In this document: piece by piece, positions 35,039 through 40,558 of the stretch
Layout: each line of letters starts with the position of its first letter
How positions within the stretch are numbered: position 1 is the first letter of the stretch
Assembly (NCBI GenBank): GCA_021791395.1
Contig: JAJYWR010000004.1
Location: forward strand, 1 to 40,558
Direction of reading: 5' to 3'
DNA: 40,558 nucleotides
Source: a bacterium
Lineage (GTDB): Bacteria > Patescibacteriota > Minisyncoccia > UBA6257 > GWB1-50-10
The notes under the pieces: model-generated
Told to the model about the DNA's origin: nothing
The model's database searches: none
What the model saw: the letters and a program-made list of their open reading frames with translations, nothing else
Position numbers and translations under genes: made by a program

Positions 35039-36142
35039 TTACCGGAGGTCTTGAAGGGCAGCCTTGTATCCGTCGTATGAAGACGCGATGACGAGAACAT
35101 CACCCTTCCATCCATAGTCGATGCCGTAACCATTCTTACTGAAGAGGACGTAGCGGTTCGATGTCGCGGCATCCCCGCTCTTCCACGCCCCTTCCGTTCC
35201 GGGGTCGGCGGCGAAGAAATTCTTCAAATTCGTATTTGCTTCGAAAATTTGTGCAAAGGACGCCTTTTCATCGACGAGACTCGAGGTTGCCGTAAGTTTT
35301 GCAACGAAACCGAGCCACCGGGCGCCACTTGAGTCGACGTATACGAATCCGGAGACGGAAGTGGGATCAAATGCCTGAGTAAGTCCTGAGTTCGAAAGAT
35401 CTATCGAGAGCAGTGATTGCATGAGTGTTGAAAAAGGAATCAAATTCCCGTTTTGGTCTGTGAAGGTAACTTCCACGAGGGCCGGTTCTTTGGAGGTGCC
35501 GAGTGACAAACTCGTTAAGTTGGTCCCGGAGATTGGGGAAGTTGAATTAATCAAACCATCGGTCGTTCCAAAAAGTGAAGTGTGCGCGAGCGGCGCTTGA
35601 GGTGTCGTGGTTGCCGTGCTGCTCGCCGTTGTTTGCGATGAGCTCGTTGTGTTTGTTGAGGTTTCCGTTGTCGTTACGACTGCAGGGACCCCCGTGGTTT
35701 CTGTCGTAGTCGGCGTGGCGACGGGCTGCTCGGTTGTTACCGTCTCGGCGGGCGGTTTAGTTGCCGTGAACATGGGATAAACAAGGAAGTACCCTACCGC
35801 CCCCACGGCGAGGACAATGATGAAGGCAATGAGGCCGATCAACGCACCTTTCCCCTTTTTCTTGCCGGTCGGCACCTGCGGTGCAGAATTTCCAGCCACC
35901 TGATCCATGCCAGTCGGCACCTGCGGTATCTCAAAGTTAAAATTATCGGGCGTGGCGCTTGGTGTTTGTGGGGCCGGCGGAGGCGTTGCCGTCGTTTGCG
36001 GGGTGTATGACTCTGGCGTTCCACCGCTTTGTATGGAATTCAAATCTGAAGCCATGGTTCGTACATCGACGTTCTTCTGCGGCTCCCCCCCGCCCATCGA
36101 CGTGGGAACTCCCGGGACTTGGTTAAAGTTTTGATCTGCCAT
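35039..36142 (-). CDS. Hypothetical single-pass membrane protein with Pro/Thr-rich linkers
   Basis: Disordered N-terminus (VRTMASDL), one TM, Thr-rich stalk, globular C-domain. Confidence 0.75.
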   Translation of the reverse strand: MADQNFNQVPGVPTSMGGGEPQKNVDVRTMASDLNSIQSGGTPESYTPQTTATPPPAPQTPSATPDNFNFEIPQVPTGMDQVAGNSAPQVPTGKKKGKGALIGLIAFIIVLAVGAVGYFLVYPMFTATKPPAETVTTEQPVATPTTTETTGVPAVVTTTETSTNTTSSSQTTASSTATTTPQAPLAHTSLFGTTDGLINSTSPISGTNLTSLSLGTSKEPALVEVTFTDQNGNLIPFSTLMQSLLSIDLSNSGLTQAFDPTSVSGFVYVDSSGARWLGFVAKLTATSSLVDEKASFAQIFEANTNLKNFFAADPGTEGAWKSGDAATSNRYVLFSKNGYGIDYGWKGDVLVIASSYDGYKAALQDLR

Positions 36143-36198
36143 AGTACTACCATTATAGCACTTTTACCTCCACCTTTCTGTGGAAAATGATTTTTCTC

Positions 36199-38232
36199 TT
36201 ACTGACTCAGGGCTTTTAGGGAAAGTCCCATCTTCCCGTTCTCAATTTTCACGATTTTTGCCTTGACGACGTCGCCTAGCTTCACGACGTCCTCAACCTT
36301 TTTAACATAGCCGTTCTTCAGTTCAGAAACGTGAATCATGCCATCCCGTCCTCCGCCGAGATCGACGATGGCGCCGAACTCGAGAATGCGGACGATTGGC
36401 CCCTCGACGATTTCTCCCACTTGATATTCTTTCGTTATCTGTCGTACGCGTTCCACTGCATGTTTGACGGCATCGTCGTCGAGTCCAGCGATATAGACGT
36501 GGCCGTCCTCTTCAATGTCGATCGTCACCTTGTTCTCCGTTTCGGCAAGAATGCCATTGATGGTTTTGCCGCCGGGGCCGATGAGCTCCCCAATCTTATC
36601 TTGAGGAATTTGAACGATGGTGATTTTCGGAGCGAAGGGCGACAAGCCACTCCGCGGAGCGGCGAGCGTCTTATCCATGAAGTCCAAAATTTGAAGGCGG
36701 GCTTTTTGTGCGGCCTGCAGCGCTTCGGTAAAAATTTTTTGAGTGATGCCGCCGATCTTCACGTCCATTTGGATGGCGTTTATACCTTCGCGCGTCCCGG
36801 AAACTTTGAAGTCCATATCGCCGTAGTGATCTTCCGGTCCCTGGATGTCGGTTAAAAGTTTGTATTCGTTTTCGTTGGCGCCGGTCATAAGGCCGATTGA
36901 AATGCCGGCAACTTGTTTTTTCATGGGAACTCCCGCATCCATCAGGGAAAGCGAAGCGGCGCACGTCGATGCCATGGAAGACGATCCGTTTGACGAAAGT
37001 GTTTCAGCGACTACGCGAATGGTGTATGGAAATTCTTCCATGGGCGGGAGCATTGCACTGATGCCCTTTTGGGCCAAGTTGCCGTGGCCGATTTCGCGGC
37101 GACCGGGGCCGCGCGATCGGGAGGTTTCACCGACGGCAAAACCGGGAAAATTGTAGTGAAGCATGAACCGCTTCTTCCCTGTCGTCTCCATAGTTTCAAC
37201 GATCTGCTCGGCGCCGGGTGCCGCTAAAGTCGTGATGGCGAGAACTTGCGTTTCGCCGCGGATGAAAAGCGCCGATCCGTGCGTGCGGTTGAAGAGGCCG
37301 ACTTCGGCATATAATTCGCGAATTTCGTCGAATTTTCTTCCGTCGGCCCGCTCCCCCCCTTTGAGCGCGAGGTCGTGGACGAATTTATCAACCTCATCTT
37401 CGAAAATGATTTCGGCTACTTTCAATGACTCTTCAGTCTCGCCAGGCCCTTTTAAATGTTCGAATAATTTGTCTTTCAGGGCGCCAAGGGTTTTATTTTT
37501 CAGCGCCGCTTCGAGTTCGGGCTTGAGGAAGCCGGAAATTTTTCCGGTAAGGACCGGATCGCCGACGGCAAGCGTGACGTCGGCCTTGGGCTTTCCCAAC
37601 TCCCTGATGATTTCTTTTTGAAAATTGATAAGCTGTTTGATGTTTTCGTGGGTGCTTGTAAAGATCCGCTCCGCAATTGATTCATCCGTTTCCTTTCCGC
37701 TGAGTTCGATCATATTCACGAATTTTTCGGTACCGGCAAAGAATCCCTTGACATCCTCCCCTTCCTCGATTTTGAGGCCGGCGACCGGCCCTCCCCATGG
37801 GATGTCAGAGACTGCAAGCGCAGTCGAAGCGGCCAAAAGGGCCGGCTCATCGGGATCGTTCTTTTCATCGTAGGCGAGGACGGTTACGACGACCTGCACC
37901 TCGCGCCGCAAGCGCGGGTCAAAGAGTGGCCGAATGGTTCGGTCGATCAAACGGGCTGAAAGGATGGCTTCATCCGATGGCCTCCCTTCGCGCCGGATAA
38001 ACCGGCTGCCGATGATCTTTCCGGCAGCATAAAACCGTTCCTCGTAGTCGACGGTCAAGGGAAAAAAATCGCCGGGCTTGTCGGCTTCGCTCATGACGAC
38101 CGTCGCGAGAACCGCCGTATCACCCGACCGTCCGATGACGGCGGCGTTCGCCTGGCCGGCGACCTTCGATAATTCGAGGGAAAAGTCTTTCCCGTCGACG
38201 CTCTTGTGATATATTTTTTTGTGTAAATCCAT
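36199..38232 (-). CDS. pnp: Polyribonucleotide nucleotidyltransferase
   Basis: FFPLTVDYEE, RLIDRTIRPLF, HGSALF.RGETQ, RREIGHG, SNGSSSMAS, GDMDFKV, KH and S1 domains. Confidence 0.97.
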   Translation of the reverse strand: MDLHKKIYHKSVDGKDFSLELSKVAGQANAAVIGRSGDTAVLATVVMSEADKPGDFFPLTVDYEERFYAAGKIIGSRFIRREGRPSDEAILSARLIDRTIRPLFDPRLRREVQVVVTVLAYDEKNDPDEPALLAASTALAVSDIPWGGPVAGLKIEEGEDVKGFFAGTEKFVNMIELSGKETDESIAERIFTSTHENIKQLINFQKEIIRELGKPKADVTLAVGDPVLTGKISGFLKPELEAALKNKTLGALKDKLFEHLKGPGETEESLKVAEIIFEDEVDKFVHDLALKGGERADGRKFDEIRELYAEVGLFNRTHGSALFIRGETQVLAITTLAAPGAEQIVETMETTGKKRFMLHYNFPGFAVGETSRSRGPGRREIGHGNLAQKGISAMLPPMEEFPYTIRVVAETLSSNGSSSMASTCAASLSLMDAGVPMKKQVAGISIGLMTGANENEYKLLTDIQGPEDHYGDMDFKVSGTREGINAIQMDVKIGGITQKIFTEALQAAQKARLQILDFMDKTLAAPRSGLSPFAPKITIVQIPQDKIGELIGPGGKTINGILAETENKVTIDIEEDGHVYIAGLDDDAVKHAVERVRQITKEYQVGEIVEGPIVRILEFGAIVDLGGGRDGMIHVSELKNGYVKKVEDVVKLGDVVKAKIVKIENGKMGLSLKALSQ

Positions 38233-38234
38233 AT

Positions 38235-38816
38235 TTAATAATTTCTTCTCATTGGTTTTCTCGGCCGTCGGCTGTCGCGATCGCGGTCTTCCCGATTGTC
38301 GATGCGTTCATTGATTTTTAGGAGTGCTCGCGGGATATGTTCAATATCCACAAAACTGTCGGCAGCATCCTTCAGGCGGGCAGATGTCGTACGCCCGAAT
38401 GCGGCGACCTCGACATCTTTTCCAAAGCCCAATTTCAAGTATTGAACGAGCGGAACAAAGTCGCCATCGCCCGTTATGAGGATCACGGCGTCCAAGACCC
38501 CCGCGCTTCGGATTGCGTCGACCGCGATACCGACGTCCCAATCACCTTTCTTCGTTCCATCGGGATATACTTGCAGGTCTTTTGAGCGGAGTTCGAGGCC
38601 TGTTTTTCGAAGTGCCTCAAAAAACGATTCTTCTCCCGTCGCAGGATCGCTCTTTACGACGTATGCGTAAGCCCGAACGAGCTGCCGCCGGCCCACGACG
38701 TATTTTAAGAGTTCATTAAAATTAACCCTCGCATGGTAGAGGTTCTTGGCTGAGTGGTAGATGTTTTGGACGTCGATGAAGATTCCCACTCGCTGATTCG
38801 TATTCGTATTGCTCAT
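38235..38816 (-). CDS. NYN domain (LabA/DUF88, PIN-like) protein
   Basis: IFIDVQN, KGDWDVGIAVD, TGDGDFVP, GKDVEV. Confidence 0.9.
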   Translation of the reverse strand: MSNTNTNQRVGIFIDVQNIYHSAKNLYHARVNFNELLKYVVGRRQLVRAYAYVVKSDPATGEESFFEALRKTGLELRSKDLQVYPDGTKKGDWDVGIAVDAIRSAGVLDAVILITGDGDFVPLVQYLKLGFGKDVEVAAFGRTTSARLKDAADSFVDIEHIPRALLKINERIDNREDRDRDSRRPRKPMRRNY

Positions 38817-38822
38817 CAAAGG

Positions 38823-39089
38823 TTAGGCTTCTAACTCGAGCTTCTTCGCAATTTTTGAGTAATTCTTTTCGTCGGTTTCCTTGAGGTATTGGAGAAGTTT
38901 TCTTCGCTTCCCGACCATCATAAGGAGACCACGGCGGGAGGTAAAATCCTTCGGGTTTTTCTTCAAATGGTCCGCCAAGAGCTTGATTCGCCTGGAAATA
39001 AGCGATATTTGCACCTCGCTTGAGCCCGTGTCCTTCTCGTGGCGGGCCGAATCTTTTATCGTATTCTGTTTTTGTCGTTTGGTAAGCAT
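38823..39089 (-). CDS. rpsO: 30S ribosomal protein S15
   Basis: DTGSSEVQI, HLKKNPKD..SRRGLL.MVGKRRKLL.YL; start at ATG 39089. Confidence 0.97.
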   Translation of the reverse strand: MLTKRQKQNTIKDSARHEKDTGSSEVQISLISRRIKLLADHLKKNPKDFTSRRGLLMMVGKRRKLLQYLKETDEKNYSKIAKKLELEA

Positions 39090-39096
39090 TATCGAG

Positions 39097-39125
39097 ATTC
39101 TATCGTAAAAATCGTCTTTTGTAAA
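39097..39125 (-). promoter_or_regulatory. rpsO promoter (TTTACA-17-TAGAAT), 7 nt before the ATG
   Basis: Read on the minus strand. Confidence 0.7.
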
Positions 39126-39155
39126 CCCCCCACGGAGGCGTGGGGTAAGAAATCC

Positions 39156-39188
39156 ATAAAAAACTGCCCGCTTGAATAAACGGGCAGT
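39156..39188 (-). terminator. Intrinsic terminator after the ATP-grasp-like gene
   Basis: ACTGCCCG (39163-39170) / CGGGCAGT (39181-39188) stem followed by a T-run on the minus strand. Confidence 0.7.
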
Positions 39189-39204
39189 GGTGGGCAAAAT
39201 GCCG

Positions 39205-40479
39205 TCAGTCCGAAATGATGGTCCCCAACTGGAGAGAGTCGGGTGCGCCGTGGACTTTCTTGTCGCGACGTGCGGTTACAATGATGTCGGCAACGCTTCG
39301 CATCGAATAGTGAACGGTTATTCTCATGAACCAATCATCTTCCAGAAGTTCTCCTTTCTCCGAGTAGTATGAGAACCTTTGGGGAAAGTTGCGAACCTCT
39401 TCTTGAAGTATGAATCGGTAGAACGATCGGGAAGCCAGATTGAGAGTCTCTTCGAACTCCGAGTCCCCCCTGAGGGCGACCCCCTTCATGCCACTCGAGA
39501 CGGATTCTTTGATCACGAACGAAGTTCCGTTCATTTTACTGCTCCAGTAGTCCCTACTTTCTCCTTTATGAACGAGGTAGGTTGGAGGGATGTATCGGCG
39601 CAGGAGTTCCAATGATCGGGGCGGCATTTGGGATCTAAGGATGGCTTCCAAATCCTCGTCACCCCCGTCGTTTTTTATCAAGGCAAGCGCTGCCTTTGAT
39701 CCGAAGAACGGCTTGGGTGGTATGAGAAAGTCGATCTCTCCCTTGCTGTAAAGGTCGGCAAGCCGGACGTTCAGAAATTGATTAGAAAAGAGGAATGGAA
39801 AATCAATGAAAAGTTCATATATTTCCTCCCCCTCTTTTGTTGCAAAGTTTCCGTTGCCGTCCATAACCACATCGTTTTCCGCTACAATCGTCGTTCGAAT
39901 GCCGGAGTCGGCCAATCCGGATTTCAGGATAGTGAACTCCGGAAGATAAAATCGCTCGCGGTCGGAGTAGAGAAGCGTGACGGCATCTTTGCCGAGTCGC
40001 TTGATGCTCGCAGCGAGAGAAACCGCTACACCAGGGAACGATCGCGCCCCGGGGTAAAGCGTTTGGCGCAACCGGGCGGCCAACGTGGAATATCCTAGGC
40101 CGTGTTTGTTGTGGCCGTCTATTTCGGCTATGAAATACTGACCACTCTCCGATTTCATAAGATCGACCTTGCATACCGCCGGAACCAGGCTGGGTTTGAG
40201 GGGCATGATTTGCCGGTAGACATTGGGAATTTCGATTCCCAAAACCTTTGAAAATTTGTTCCAAGCATTGCTGTGGTGAAGTTTGGGATCGAAAGCGATT
40301 GCGGCAATGCGCCCCAACCCGCCGAGGCAGTCGTACAGGGCCTGCCCCAGTTTTTCGAGCTCGGTCTTTTCCGACGGCGTCACTTGATAGACGCTCGGCG
40401 AAAGAACGAAGGTGTGATTTTCGCCGCCCCGCCATATGCCGGAGTCAGTTACCATGCGTTTCACATCGTTGTAGTTCAT
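39205..40479 (-). CDS. Hypothetical protein, ATP-grasp-like (glutathionylspermidine synthase / circularly permuted ATP-grasp-like)
   Basis: KVDL...IAEID...GLG, SKAALAL, FVIKESVSSGMKGV, FILQEEV. Confidence 0.6.
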   Translation of the reverse strand: MNYNDVKRMVTDSGIWRGGENHTFVLSPSVYQVTPSEKTELEKLGQALYDCLGGLGRIAAIAFDPKLHHSNAWNKFSKVLGIEIPNVYRQIMPLKPSLVPAVCKVDLMKSESGQYFIAEIDGHNKHGLGYSTLAARLRQTLYPGARSFPGVAVSLAASIKRLGKDAVTLLYSDRERFYLPEFTILKSGLADSGIRTTIVAENDVVMDGNGNFATKEGEEIYELFIDFPFLFSNQFLNVRLADLYSKGEIDFLIPPKPFFGSKAALALIKNDGGDEDLEAILRSQMPPRSLELLRRYIPPTYLVHKGESRDYWSSKMNGTSFVIKESVSSGMKGVALRGDSEFEETLNLASRSFYRFILQEEVRNFPQRFSYYSEKGELLEDDWFMRITVHYSMRSVADIIVTARRDKKVHGAPDSLQLGTIISD

Positions 40480-40558
40480 GACAAAACCTTTCTTTTGTTG
40501 TTTAGGAACGTTGTAGCTGCCTTAGTTGGCAGCATTGCTGACGCCTGCGCAGACGTCA

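Noticed and set aside
35580-35760. Thr-rich low-complexity tract as a DNA repeat
   Set aside because: Codon-level consequence of a Thr/Ser/Pro linker; no fixed nucleotide unit
1-40558. CRISPR array, tRNA/rRNA genes, transposases, alternative genetic code
   Set aside because: No repeat-spacer pattern, cloverleaf, rRNA-like tract or transposase motif found by eye; conserved genes (ruvB, ruvA, dnaN) end at TGA, consistent with code 11

Overview
Origin-of-replication region of a Patescibacteria/CPR (Parcubacteria-like) chromosome. The lineage is inferred from compact genes, the rpsO-NYN-pnp and murE-MBL arrangements and a VirB4/PrgI/VirB6/pilin cluster; TGA is read as stop. Left arm: MBL hydrolase (partial), murE, ruvA, rpsT, holA, an orphan lipoprotein, a PilB/GspE ATPase, ruvB, tsaE, polA, a PAS histidine kinase, yebC, ruvC, a small acidic protein and a class A PBP. 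Centre: dnaN-oriC-dnaA / rpmH-rnpA-yidC-jag. rpmH is missing from the ORF track and was read manually. Right arm: a ~12 kb minus-strand, 12-gene T4SS-like operon that includes a pilin fused to a putative Zn-peptidase, then rsmA, a LysM-M23 peptidase, comM, a DksA/TraR protein, a membrane protein, pnp, NYN, rpsO and an ATP-grasp-like protein. Non-obvious signals: (1) an unannotated ~135-nt rod-shaped ncRNA with its own promoter and terminator between pilB and ruvB; (2) DnaA-trios abutting the dnaN start codon; (3) widespread leaderless-type promoters; (4) degenerate heptamer arrays inside murE and rsmA; (5) most genes pointing toward the origin. All calls come from reading motifs by eye; no database searches were run.
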